Positions 1 through 12,204 of a stretch of DNA of 64,000 nucleotides are shown piece by piece. The position numbers and the translations under genes were made by a program. Every line of letters begins with the position of its first letter. Within the stretch, counting starts at the first letter, position 1. Source of the DNA: Octopus sinensis (Eukaryota); the NCBI RefSeq assembly GCF_006345805.1, contig NC_043002.1, positions 10,726,001 to 10,790,000 on the forward strand, given 5' to 3'. The notes beneath the pieces were generated by a model that ran no database searches, was not told the DNA's origin, and saw nothing but the letters and a program-made list of their open reading frames with translations.

Positions 1-282
1 GTATATATGTATGCATGTATTATGCATGTATGTATGTATGTGCAGATTTGTATGTTTTATGTATGTATTCTCATGCATATAGTTGCATATCTAGACACGC
101 TCATATATTTAAATGATAAACTTCTGGAAAGTTTTACAGATTTTTACAGTTCCAGTGATGAATTGGAGCTGTAGTTGTCGAATTAGTTTTCTCCTTTCTG
201 GTTTTGAGATGCCTAATTTCTCAGGATTGGTTTTTAGGCAGTGTGTTACATATCCTAGGGCCCAATAATTACAGTTAACTTG

Positions 283-370
283 CATGTATGTATGTATGTA
301 TGTATGTATGTATGTATGTATGTATGTATGTATGTATGTATGTATGTATGTGTTGGTATATGTATGTGTG
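283..370. repeat. (TATG)n microsatellite
   Basis: Near-perfect tetranucleotide array. Confidence 0.95.
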
Positions 371-490
371 GGCTTCTGTTTTATTTTTAATATTATTATA
401 TAGACGGAGCTGCAAGCAAGGTGTTCGCTGAAGTTATAAAAAGCATCGACCCTCATAAGATTCATTGGTGCTAGGGTGATTTTGACTCAC

Positions 491-590
491 GAAACATAAC
501 GATATCGAAAAACCTGATATCCCAGAGTTCCTAACGTTATTAGACAGAATGTGATATGAACACGTTCTTCGTAAAAGAGAAGCTCTTCTC
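491..590 (-). CDS. Candidate internal exon of unidentified host gene: (G)EELLFYEERVHITFCLITLGTLGYQVFRYRYV(S), phase 1 to 2
   Basis: Acceptor ttttatcacag, donor gtgagt; non-repetitive; phase matches the 5366-5489 exon. Confidence 0.55.
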
Positions 591-1132
591 CTGTGATAAA
601 ACACAACAGCAATTAGCATATTCAGGTTCGAATAGATCGGAACATATGCAGTACATCGTTTGAAATATATGTTGCAAAAGCGAGTTAACTTCCAGTCCAG
701 AACCAAGGCTCTTATTAATTTCGGTAGTCGTGTAAGCGTGTATGCAGATATAACATTACAAGCGTGAGATTTTATGCTTTGGCTTATTTGTGGATCTACA
801 CCCTTAAACTTCTCCCTTATTTTGCATCTTTTCACATATCCATTAATGGACAATCCTTATATCTGAATTAGCTCTTTGTAGTTTTGTGAAATTCAACTGC
901 TTAAGAATAATGCTCCGGCATCCATCTATCCATCCATCCATCCATCCATCCATCCCTTTATCCATCCATTTCCTGAGCCCACTATTCTTTGTAGGATCCA
1001 GGAAGTGACATCCTTAGACACATCTCACCTCCTCCTTAGAGCTCTATCAGAACCAACCGTCATTAAATTTTCCAGCTTGATTCCCATGCACGACCAACTG
1101 AGACTATAAAACCCTCTTCTTCTTGATCTACA

Positions 1133-1299
1133 AACAAGAACGGACGAAGGGATTAAGTCGATTATATCGACCCCAGTGCGTAACTGGTACTTAATTTATC
1201 GACTGCGAAAGGATGAAAGGCAAAGTTGACCTCGGCGGAAGACGAAATACGGCTACGCATTTCGCCCGGAGTACTAACGTTTCTGCCAGCTCGCCACCT
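1133..1299 (-). mobile_element. tRNA-derived SINE family A, internally deleted
   Basis: Matches other copies: head GGCGGCGAGCTGGCAG, core GCCTTTCATCCTTTCGGGGTCGATAAATTAAGTACCAG. Confidence 0.85.
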
Positions 1300-1656
1300 T
1301 CTCTACGTCTGTTTCGCCACTGTCTCTCTATGTCTGTTTCTGCATCTCTGTCACGCTCTATCTCTCCCTTTCTTTTTTCTTTCATTTCCCTTTCTTACTT
1401 TCCTTATTTATTCATTTATTTCTCTCTCTCTCTCTCTCCTTCCCTCTTAGTATATTTCTGCTTATGTGTCTGGGGAGAGACAATGTATTTATGTTAATAG
1501 CATTCAATTAGTAAATCGTAATGTCTCTCTCCTCTCCTTTTTCCTGTATCTCTCTCCCCATCCCACCCCTCTTTTTTTCAATGAGCACATTTCTCTGAAT
1601 GTGTATGAGGGGGGAGAAAATATTTATGTGAATCGACTTCGATTAATAAATTAGAA

Positions 1657-1693
<37 letters not shown>

Positions 1694-2181
1694 ATACTTT
1701 CTCCCTCTCTGCACTCTCTCTCTCTCTCTCTCTCAAATCTCTCACTCTCTCTTTCTCTCTCTCTTTTTCTGCCCAGCATTACTATCATACCTAGCACCAG
1801 ATCTGCGTTTGGGCTTCTGTAGTATGTGAATGGAGAACTGAATAAGTTGGAGTCAACAAGAAGGATTGCAGGGAAGCATTTGTAAGTAATCACTACAATT
1901 GTTTCCACGCATTTCGATGCAGTCAGTGGGTACTAGTATGTTGTATAGTGACGACTGAGAGAAAGGGTGTAGTGGAAGACGAACATTTGAGTTTACAGAA
2001 CACAGAAACTATATATATATATAGCAGTTGATGAAACACATCAAAAACTCATAATGCAGGGAAACGGTTACATAACCAATTACCTGCGAACCTAGTCAAC
2101 TAGGTTGCATTGATTACGGAAAAATATTCTTCTCTACTCTTTCGTGTTGGCTCCAACTCATGCAATTATTATATATATATA

Positions 2182-2261
<80 letters not shown>

Positions 2262-2378
2262 GTATGTATGTATGTGTGTGTGTATGAGAATTAAAATATA
2301 AACACAAATTAGGCAATCAACTTTTTATACATACATATTCAACTTAAATGAGTATATATATTTTAATACTATTGACAT

Positions 2379-2678
2379 ACTCTTTTACTCTTTTTGACTG
2401 CAGCCATGCTGGAGCACCGCCTTTAGTCGAGCAAATCGACCCCAGGACTTATTCTTTGTAAGTCCAGTACTTATTCTGTCGGTCTCTTTTGCCGAACCGC
2501 TAGGTGACGGGGACGTAAACACACCAACAAACACAGACACACAAACACATACACACACATATATATATATACATATATACGACGGGCTTCTTTCAGTTTC
2601 CGTCTACCAAATCCACTACTTAACCCGGAACCATGTGGTTGGTAAACAAGCTACTTACCACACAGCCACTCCTGCGCC
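2379..2678 (-). mobile_element. SINE family B (CORE/OR2-like, inferred), internally deleted
   Basis: Head GGCGCAGGAGTGGCTGTGTGG and tail GGCGGTGCTCCAGCATGG shared with ~10 copies in the window. Confidence 0.85.
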
Positions 2679-3117
2679 TATGAATATTTTTAAAAATATA
2701 AACGTATATATCTAAAATATACCTAAATATGCCTAAAGCTACATGTAAATAGAATCCATATGGGATATATATGGAGAAAAGTGTGAGAAAAAGAGAAGTA
2801 AACATTTTTCTCTTCTAAAATTAAAAGTGGTTAAAAGTTGCAATTAAAATATCCATAAAATTCAATCCGTTTTTTCTTAATACATAAATAGTATATAATA
2901 CAATCCGATGACGTCAATTTTCTACGACCGTTTCCAGAGGTCATGTCCTGGTAGATAAATTAATAGAATGTGATTTTACGAGGATACCCCTCCTGATGAA
3001 GGGGACATTGTCTGCATTGTTTGTAAGATTTCTAAGGCGTCGAACTTGCAGAATTATTAGCACGCTGTACAAAATGTTTAGTGACATTTCGTCTGGCAGA
3101 ATGGTTAGAATTCATTA

Positions 3118-3360
3118 AAGCGGCGAGGTGGCATAAAGCGGTGAGCTGGCATAAGGCGGCGAGCTGGCAGAAACGTTAGCACGCCGGGCGAAATGTTTTG
3201 TGGTATTTTGTCCGCCGTTGCGTTCTGAGTTTAAATTCCGCCGTGGTCGACATTGCCTTTCATTCTTTTCTGGGTTGATAAATTAAGTACCAGTTAAACC
3301 CTTTGTCTGTCCTTGTTTGCCCCCTCTATGTTTAGCCTCTTGTGGGCAATAAAGAAATAA
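3118..3360 (+). mobile_element. SINE family A with triplicated 18-bp 5' end
   Basis: AAGGCGGCGAGCTGGCAT-like motif x3, then the full SINE body. Confidence 0.85.
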
Positions 3361-3647
3361 GAATGGTTAGAATTCCGAACAACCTGCTTAGCGGCATTTC
3401 GTCTGACAGAATCGTTAGCACTCCAGACAAACTGCTTGGTGGCATTTCGTCTGGTAGAATGGTTAGAATTCCGGACAAACTGCTTGGTGGCATTTCGTCT
3501 GGTAGAATGGTTAGAATTCCGGACAAACTGCTTAGTGGCATTTCGTCTGGTAGAATGGTTAGAATTCTGGACAAACTGCTTAGCGGTATTTCGTCTGACG
3601 GTATCGTTAGCTCGCCGGACAAACTACTTAGTGGCATTTCGTCTGGC
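3360..3647 (+). repeat. 48-bp minisatellite (6 units) derived from the SINE A tRNA head
   Basis: Unit AGAATGGTTAGAATTCCGGACAAACTGCTTAGTGGCATTTCGTCTGGT aligns colinearly to the SINE head. Confidence 0.9.
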
Positions 3648-4362
3648 TCTACGTTCTGCATTTAAATTCCACCTTGATCGGCTGTGCCCGTCATCACTTT
3701 GGTGACGATAAAGTAAATTCCAGTGAAGTACTTTGATCGCCCTCCCCCACGTCTAAAAAGCTTCTGGCCCAGTGCCAAAATTTGAAACCAATGTAAACAT
3801 TGTTTCCGTCTTAGGCAAAAGTCCAACAACTCTAAGATGCGGGGCTGGTTGATCGTATCGATTTATTGCTTAACTGGTGCTATAATTTTATCGACTCGAG
3901 AGGAATACAAGATTTTCATTCAGAATGTAATAAACCTGAAAGAAAGAACCAAAAATGCTACAAAGAATTTTCTCCAAACTCAAACGATTACGCATATCTG
4001 CTGTCCATGTTCCGATACAAAATATAAACCATACACAAGAGCGAAAACAAACAAACACACACACACACATACTAACACACACACACATTTATATATATGC
4101 ACTTATTTATGTATATACATGTAAATACATTTGTATAGGGTGTACATATCTGTATATATATATATATATATATGTCTATATCTATGTATTTGTAAATATA
4201 CACTTATATATATATATATATATACGTATATATATATTATATATAATATATATATATATATAATAATATATATATATATATATATTATTATATATATATC
4301 TAGATATATAATATAATATTATATATATATATATATATACAGTGTGTACATGTATACATGCT

Positions 4363-4412
<50 letters not shown>

Positions 4413-4867
4413 TACGCACACGCTGATATAGATACACACGTCCCTCAATTCTTTCTCCTCCCTCTTTACATCGTCTTCACCCTCGCTCGCTCACATTTAC
4501 TTTTCCTTCCTTCGCTTTTTCCTACTTCGCGTGCAACAATTTATTTGATTTGATTTTTGACATATATTTCGCCGTAATATTCATACGGTTTATTCAACAA
4601 CATCTTTACGTTTCCAAAGATGCGAGCAGAGTAATCCAATCAATATTTCATGTTCGCTTTCGAATTTTTCGTTATCGTTGCTCTCATGTGACTTCCAAAT
4701 GTTTTACTTCCCTCGATTTCGTCCAAAATGCCGGTAATGAGAAACTTGGAGCAACAAAGTGTAATTCATTCAGCATCTGCTACAGTCTAGAGTGTATATA
4801 TGTGTGTGTGTGTGTGTGTGTTACAGAAGCATATGTATGTGCATATGTGCATACATTTACATGTGTG

Positions 4868-4913
<46 letters not shown>

Positions 4914-5041
4914 AATGTATACATATATGCATATATAAATGTCTATATGTATATATATGCATATATATATGTCTATATGTATATATATGTAGGCATATAT
5001 ACATATATATATAATTATATTTATATATATGAAATGTATCC

Positions 5042-5080
<39 letters not shown>

Positions 5081-5365
5081 TTTATTTATTATATATATAA
5101 TATATATACATATATTTAATATATATATACATATAATACATATATATATATATATATACGTAGTAGCGAAGAAGAAAGTGAGTAACCAATACACCATTGG
5201 TAGATAAATTATTTCTTTTGATAACTGAGCACAGTTAATACGGGACAAATAGTTTTCATGCAATGAAAAAAAGCAAATATTCAACTACAGCTTGAATAAT
5301 AATGGCTGTTCAACCAGAGCAGACAGTATTCGCACGCACACACACAAACACATATTGTTCTTTAC

Positions 5366-5489
5366 CAAGAATACAGTGGACAATGACGTCGAAGTTTCGG
5401 TCAGCTGATTCATCGTAGGACTTTTCGAAGATGTCTTCAGTGGCCGAAAGCAATGAAGCCACCGTTGATATTGTACTTGTTAAAAAATA
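5366..5489 (-). CDS. Candidate exon YFLTSTISTVASLLSATEDIFEKSYDESADRNFDVIVHCIL(G), phase 0 to 1
   Basis: Acceptor tttag, donor gtaaag; only one open frame; phase-compatible with both neighbours. Confidence 0.6.
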
Positions 5490-5586
5490 CTAAATTTGTA
5501 GTCGGCAAAAACTACTGAGTAATCCTGCAGTCTCGTTTAAAACTGTTTTACTGGTTTTATTATTTCACACACACAAACGCGCGCAT

Positions 5587-5619
<33 letters not shown>

Positions 5620-5775
5620 TATATATACATATACATATAGATATATATATGTATACTTATATATACATATACATACATACATGCATATATATAATATATA
5701 TATATATACATATATATATATACATATATACATATATATATATACATATATACATATATATATAAACATACATAC

Positions 5776-5815
<40 letters not shown>

Positions 5816-5841
5816 TATAATAAAACCAGTTTATCATTACA

Positions 5842-6310
5842 CTGGTGTGAAGGCCATCATTCTTTGCCATCGTCTCTGCTGGGAAGGTCATGTCCAGAAT
5901 ATGGAGCCCTCTCGTCTCCCAAGGATCATGCTCTACAGTGATCTTGCAATCGGAACAAGACCCAGATAAGGTCCTAAATTCTGTTTTAAAGACCAGCTCA
6001 AACGGACCTTGGTTCAAGCCGACATCCAGCCATCTTCATGGGACCAGATTTCCATGGATAGGACAGCATGGAGGACTACTATCCGCAATGAAGCCAGCTG
6101 CTTCGGACAGAACGGGCAACGGAATGAGGAGGCAAAACGCAGGAGCGTCTTCAACATGCTTGACCTGCTCTGACCATCCCGTGCGAGTTCTGCCTACGAC
6201 TCTTTCACCACCGACTTGGACTCCTAAGTCACTTATGGCACAAACGTCAGCCGAGGAGACTGGATGGAAACTCATGAACGCAATGCTCGGATACGAGCTG
6301 GAGTCGACGA
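5842..6310 (+). mobile_element. RTE-clade LINE 3' fragment (decayed ORF2 C-terminus)
   Basis: Translates to [45 protein letters not shown], matching the RTE motif RWxGHVxRM..RLPK..LYGEL..G.R..G.P. Confidence 0.85.
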
Positions 6311-6327
6311 TGGTATAATTATAAACA

Positions 6328-6557
6328 GGCGGCGAGCTGGCAGAAACGTTAGCACGCCGGGCGAAATGCGTAGCTGTATTTCGTCTGTCGTTACGTTGTG
6401 AGTTCAAATTCCGCCGAGGTCGACTTTGCCTTTCATTCTTTCGGGGTCGATAAATTAAGTACCAGTTACGCACTGGGGTCGCTGTAATTGACTTAATACC
6501 TATGTCTGTCCTTGTTTCTCCCCTCTATTTTTAGCCCCTTGTGGGTAATAAAGAAAT
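6328..6557 (+). mobile_element. SINE family A monomer with TSD
   Basis: TGGTATAATTATAAACAGG repeated at 6311-6329 and 6558-6576. Confidence 0.92.
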
Positions 6558-6668
6558 TGGTATAATTATAAACAGGGAAAATCTTAGCCATTTCTACGCG
6601 CACTGAAAATACGATGAACAACCTTAATCGATCTTCGAACCTTATTGCCTTATTGGGTTATAATTGTA

Positions 6669-6709
<41 letters not shown>

Positions 6710-7321
6710 ATACACATACATACACACACACACATATATATATCAAAAGGATGTGTTATAATACTATGTTATAATACTATTCCACCAAGAATCTAATAAT
6801 ACTAATCCACATATACCAAAACAGCCATACCAATAATCCATCATACCTCCATCAGCAGCAGCCCCACAGATATCATTATGGTTTCGACACCTGGGTAGAA
6901 CCATTTGACCCGGCGGTGTCAACAGCATTAAAATAGGTGTTGTTTGGGAACAAACAAACCAAAGAGACCACAACTTTCAAACACAATTACCCTATGTACA
7001 ACCGTATCGATAAATAAATTCCGTAAGAAAACTACAACCACTCCTAAATACTACGAAACAGCGACAACTTTATTAAATCATGCAAAATAAATTATAATCC
7101 CTACCGTCTTCCGTAGTTTAATATAAAAGTATATAAAACATATGTATGTGTGTATATACACATATATTCATACACACAGACACGCACACATATACATATA
7201 TACAAACGAACATCATATATAGATGTATATATGTGTATATATATGTGTGTGTGTGAATATATGTTTGTATGTATATATACATATATGTATGTATATGTAC
7301 GTTTATGCATTGTATGTTGCA

Positions 7322-7358
7322 CTTATTATTATTATTATCATCATCATCATCATCATCA

Positions 7359-7409
<51 letters not shown>

Positions 7410-7450
7410 TTATCATCATTATCATCATCATCATCACTATTATTATCAAA
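7322..7450. repeat. (ATT)n/(ATC)n compound microsatellite
   Basis: Direct. Confidence 0.95.
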
Positions 7451-7680
7451 GTATTATTATTCGTTAACTATTGAATGACAACCAAATATCTGATTGACTG
7501 CTTGACAAAGACGTCTGATCAACTAATCGATCACTTTTCTCTGTCACATGCATTTATCAACACAACATCCACCCCACCCACTCACCTCACACACAACAGT
7601 ACACAAACATGACGGAGCATATCGAATGCTTATTTTGTAGACTTCTGAACTCCAATACACGAAAACTAACTTTAAATTAC

Positions 7681-7789
7681 GTTTATGCTCTTGGCTAAGA
7701 CACACAACATGAAACAGAAGTTCTTCAAAAGCGAATTGGGTAGAGATTTTACTGGCGGATCATTAGGAGACACATCACCGTTTTTACCG
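7681..7789 (-). CDS. Candidate exon GKNGDVSPNDPPVKSLPNSLLKNFCFMLCVLAKSIN, phase 2 to 0
   Basis: Acceptor tcatcttaaag, donor gtaatt; single open frame; phase matches the 5366-5489 exon. Confidence 0.55.
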
Positions 7790-7825
7790 CTTTAAGATGA
7801 ATTATAAACATTGTGTGCGTGTATG

Positions 7826-7865
<40 letters not shown>

Positions 7866-7870
7866 TAAAT

Positions 7871-7935
<65 letters not shown>

Positions 7936-8946
7936 TATATATATTACATATATATATATATATATATGTATATGTATATATAGATATATATATGTATTCT
8001 TTTATTCTTTATTTGTTTCATTCATTTGAAGTCATTCTATATATATAAAGATAGAGAGAGAAAAAAGGAGAGAGAGACAGGTAGACAGACAAAGAGACAG
8101 GCAGACAGACAGAGGTAAACAGAGAGTAAACAGAGTTTTACAAACAAAAGGTTGACAGCAGCTTCAAAGTTTTGGCTTATTTTACTTCGTCAGATTGTAC
8201 CCTTCTATAAAATATTGACTAATCCATCACTTTGATATTGAACAGTTTTTCTATATGACTGATATACATAAACGGGCGGCCAAAAATAGAGGGGACAAAC
8301 AAGGACAGGCAACGGGATTAAGTTGTTTACATCGACCCCAGTGATTAACTGGTACTTATTTAATCGACCCCGAAAGAATAAAAAGCAAAGTCGACCTAGG
8401 CGGAATTTGAACTCAGATCATTAAAATCCGCCGGGGTCTATCCTTGTTTGACCTCTCTATATTTACACCTCTATGGGCAATAAAGAAATAAATATTTACG
8501 TATATCAGTCTTATAGAAAAACTGTTTAATCTCAAGCTGATGGATTGAGGAAGTTCGTGTGTGTGTGTGTGTGTAAAAGCAGATTGGTTCATCAAATGTT
8601 TGAACTTCATGATTCCGGTCCTTGGGCCAATATGAAGAAGAATATTCTAACGATTAGATTTTTTTTACTTTCTTCAGTCATTTGACTGCGGCCTTGCTGG
8701 AGCAGCGCCTTTAGTCGAATGAATCGACCCCAGGACTTACTCTTTGTAAGCCTAGTACTTATTCTATCGGTCTCTTTTGCCTAACCTTTTGCCTAACTCT
8801 TTTGCTGAAACGCTAAGTTACGGGGATGTAAACACACTACTGTCGGTTGTCAAGCGATGTTGGGAGGACAAACACAGACACACAAATACACACACACACA
8901 CACATACACACACACATACATACATACATATATATATACATATATA

Positions 8947-8977
<31 letters not shown>

Positions 8978-9368
8978 ATATAATATTAATTCGAGACAAA
9001 ACCACTATTTTGCAAAACAAACAAGGAAAGACTTAATCAATACATAAAAATTTTAATATAAGATAAATAAATAAACCGCCACTACAATCGTTTCATGTCT
9101 TCAAATGACATTCGTCAGGTGGATTTCCGATCTTCTAATCAGTTTTAATTATGAAGTCATTTGATGAATGTCATTTGAAGACATGAAACGATTGTAGTGG
9201 CGGTTTTTATCTTATATTAAAATTTTTATGTATTGATTAAGTTTCCTTGTTTGTTTTGCAAAATAGTGGTTTTGTCTCGAATTAATATTATAATATTTTA
9301 CTATAAAATTGGATTTAATCCTAAATCTGATTTTTTCCCTGTAAATTTGGATTTATTCCCTAATATTT
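8978..9368. mobile_element. Penelope-like terminal (pLTR) fragment with ~135-bp fold-back arms
   Basis: Inverted arms 8978-9117 / 9162-9292; hammerhead motif inside; (TA)n flanks; sister copy at 49963-50186. Confidence 0.75.
9079..9122 (-). ncRNA. Minimal type-I hammerhead ribozyme motif
   Basis: CCAC CUGACGA AUGUC-AUUUGAA-GACAU GAAAC GAUU GUA GUGG: stems I and II perfect, canonical core, GUA triplet. Confidence 0.8.
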
Positions 9369-9370
9369 AT

Positions 9371-9433
<63 letters not shown>

Positions 9434-9976
9434 ACAGATATATACAAAGGGCTTCTTTCAGTTTCCCTCCACCAAATCCACTCACAAGGCTTTGGCCGAC
9501 CCGCGGCTATAGTAGAAGACACTTGCCCAAAGTACCGCGCAGTGGGACTGAAACCTGAACCGTGTGGTTCATAAGCAAGCTACTTACTACACACCCACTC
9601 CTGCGCCTAACTGTATAAATATGATTCAAAATATATAAATATAATTAAAAAATTCTCTTTCAAGTAACATAAAACGTTTTGCCTGTGGGTTTTATTTCTG
9701 TTTGCATTTTTAAATTTGAAAAAAATCGCTCATTAATTATTCTTGAACCCGATATATAAACAGACTCTAAGAAACTATCATTAAATAAATATATAATCAT
9801 CATTGATGACATGCGTTAAAAGAAATGATTAGGAGATGTAATATTGACGAAAAATATATATGATACGATATAATTTAACATAATATATTATTTAATATTA
9901 ATATATTATTATTAATATATTACGTTTATATATTTGTTTTGCAAGATTTTTGATGTGAAATCGTGTGTTGAAACAG

Positions 9977-10470
9977 ATATTGTTGTATTTAGGAATGGTC
10001 ATTTTGCCAGTTTAGCCAATAAAAACACACGCACTATATATTTGGTGTTACTTTGCTTCAGTGTTATTTATTTTTTACATTAATCTTAATCTTATTTCGA
10101 CCAGAGTTCTTTCGTCACACTCCTGTGACCTCATCAGTGGTCCTTTGCTTTCTTCTTTCTTATTTGTGTGTCTCTCCTTACTAACGGTCAGTCATTTTGT
10201 ATTTCGTGTTTCTATTGTATGTCTTCATTTGCGCATGGGTATACCTCTATGTGTGTCTATGTTTAGTTAGTATGTGTGTGGGGGGAAGTGCCTGTAATAT
10301 TTGTATCTCCTGTTTATATATGTTCGTGCAATTTCTTTTGTTTTAGCCGAAATAAGATTAAGATTAATGTAAAAAATGAATAACGCTGAAGCAAAGTAAC
10401 ACCAAATATATAGTGCGTGTGTTTTTATTGGCTCAACTGGCAAAATGACCATTCCTAAATACAACAATAT
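9977..10470. mobile_element. Second PLE-type terminal fragment with 123-bp inverted arms
   Basis: 9977-10099 is the reverse complement of 10348-10470; a hammerhead motif abuts the left arm. Confidence 0.7.
10099..10142 (-). ncRNA. Minimal type-I hammerhead ribozyme motif (one-nt insertion after A9)
   Basis: GACCA CUGAUGA G GUCAC-AGGAGU-GUGAC GAAAG AA CUC UGGUC. Confidence 0.75.
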
Positions 10471-11110
10471 TAATATATTATTTAATATTAATTAAATGGT
10501 GTAGATGGACGGTGTCTTCTATTCGTGGCAATATATTGGTATATTGCTATAAATTTAATTCAGCACGTTTCTCATAAATATATCATTGAAATTCTTATAA
10601 TAACTAATTAAACTAAATTTCAGATAAAACATATTATCATAATAGTAATTACAATTTTAGCGTACTTAGTTTTAATAAAAATTATTCATAAATAGTATTT
10701 GGTAATGTTTAGGCTTTGCTTTTGTTTGCAAAGTTTATATTGACCGTAGATTTAAGCATAAGTATTGCTGACTCACCATTATTATATGGTAATTACCTAG
10801 CGATTTTGATACGTCATACTTTTTGCTGTCTTCAGTATTTTTAAGAAAAGCATGTACAAGTAGTTCATCAATGTTACCACCCTCTCCATCTCTCTCTCCT
10901 GATCGTTCTCTCTCACTCGCTTTAATCTCTCTCACTCTCTTTCTCTCCCTCCCTATAACATCTGTTTCACCCTAACTACCACACCACTACCAATAAAAAC
11001 TATCATGTATTACATCAGCAGCGCACAAATAATCAAATATATTTGTTTATATGTATGTAAATGAAAATAACGGGTTTTTTTTTAAACAACGCACCCTTTC
11101 TAACATTCAC

Positions 11111-11189
11111 GCATCTGAATTTATCGTAAGTCCACTAACACGTTGAAATGTATCTCCCTTTTTGAGAAAATTCTTCCCTGATGAAGTAC
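11111..11189 (-). CDS. Weak candidate exon (G)TSSGKNFLKKGDTFQRVSGLTINSD(A), phase 1 to 2
   Basis: Acceptor ttgtgtag, weak donor gtgaat; single open frame; phase fits the 7681-7789 exon. Confidence 0.3.
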
Positions 11190-11384
11190 CTACACAACCA
11201 ATTTCAATATGAAAATTTAAATTAAATAAATTTAATTTGATTTCTGTAATTGAACTAATTGGATATAGAAACAACTGTAGGACAAGCATTTCATTATGTG
11301 GATTAGAATATCTTCAAATAAACTGATGTCTGCATGTCAATTTATCTATTTTCTTCCTTTTCTCGTTCATATATATATGTGGTC

Positions 11385-11770
11385 ACCCGAGTTTGATCCT
11401 GACTGAACTACCTACACTTAAGATTTGCATATCTGAACCACTTATCGAAGTTCCAGCACCTTTCTTCATCCACATACTAGCACTCCATCCGGATTACCAC
11501 TGGATCTACAGACTCTACCTTCACAGCTTTCACTGGAATTTTCGTTGATGCAAATTGCACCAATCTATCGCGACTTTTGAACTTTTTGGACATTTTGAAC
11601 CTTTCGAAATTTATGAACTGCTATACTCCGTACGTTATTCCTTACTGTTGCAGAACGTAGGCTCGAAACGTAAAATAATTTTTTTCATTTTTTCCGAGCA
11701 TTAAACTAATACACTTGCTTGTTGTTCATACACCTGCCTTCGTATTTTGCTTTCCAATAAATTTCAACTA
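11385..11770 (+). mobile_element. PLE-like 3' terminal fragment with degenerate hammerhead-like motif
   Basis: GTAGGCTCGAAACGTAAAA motif and downstream tail related to 21930-22118. Confidence 0.5.
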
Positions 11771-11780
11771 TATGTATCAA

Positions 11781-11875
<95 letters not shown>

Positions 11876-11896
11876 ATAAATATATATATATATATT

Positions 11897-12204
<308 letters not shown>

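Larger units (their letters stand above)
8667..9608 (-). mobile_element. SINE family B split by a PLE fragment inserted in its internal (TA)n
   Basis: Tail half ~8667-8880 and head half ~9445-9608 are colinear with intact copies. Confidence 0.85.

Noticed and set aside
434-853. 139-aa minus-strand ORF as a single-exon gene
   Set aside because: No recognisable motif; a better-supported spliced exon (491-590) lies inside it in another frame
2905-3010. CTGATGA inside a CCCCT/AGGGG hairpin and a nearby GAAACGGTCGTAG (minus)
   Set aside because: The two half-motifs are on opposite strands and neither assembles into a complete hammerhead
3360-3647. 48-bp repeats as a CRISPR array or a repetitive protein
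   Set aside because: No unique spacers, eukaryotic context, and the unit derives from a SINE head
491-5489. Faint resemblance of FDVIVHCILGEELLFY...CLITL to the DENN-domain core
   Set aside because: Residue spacing does not match well by eye; needs a profile search before any naming
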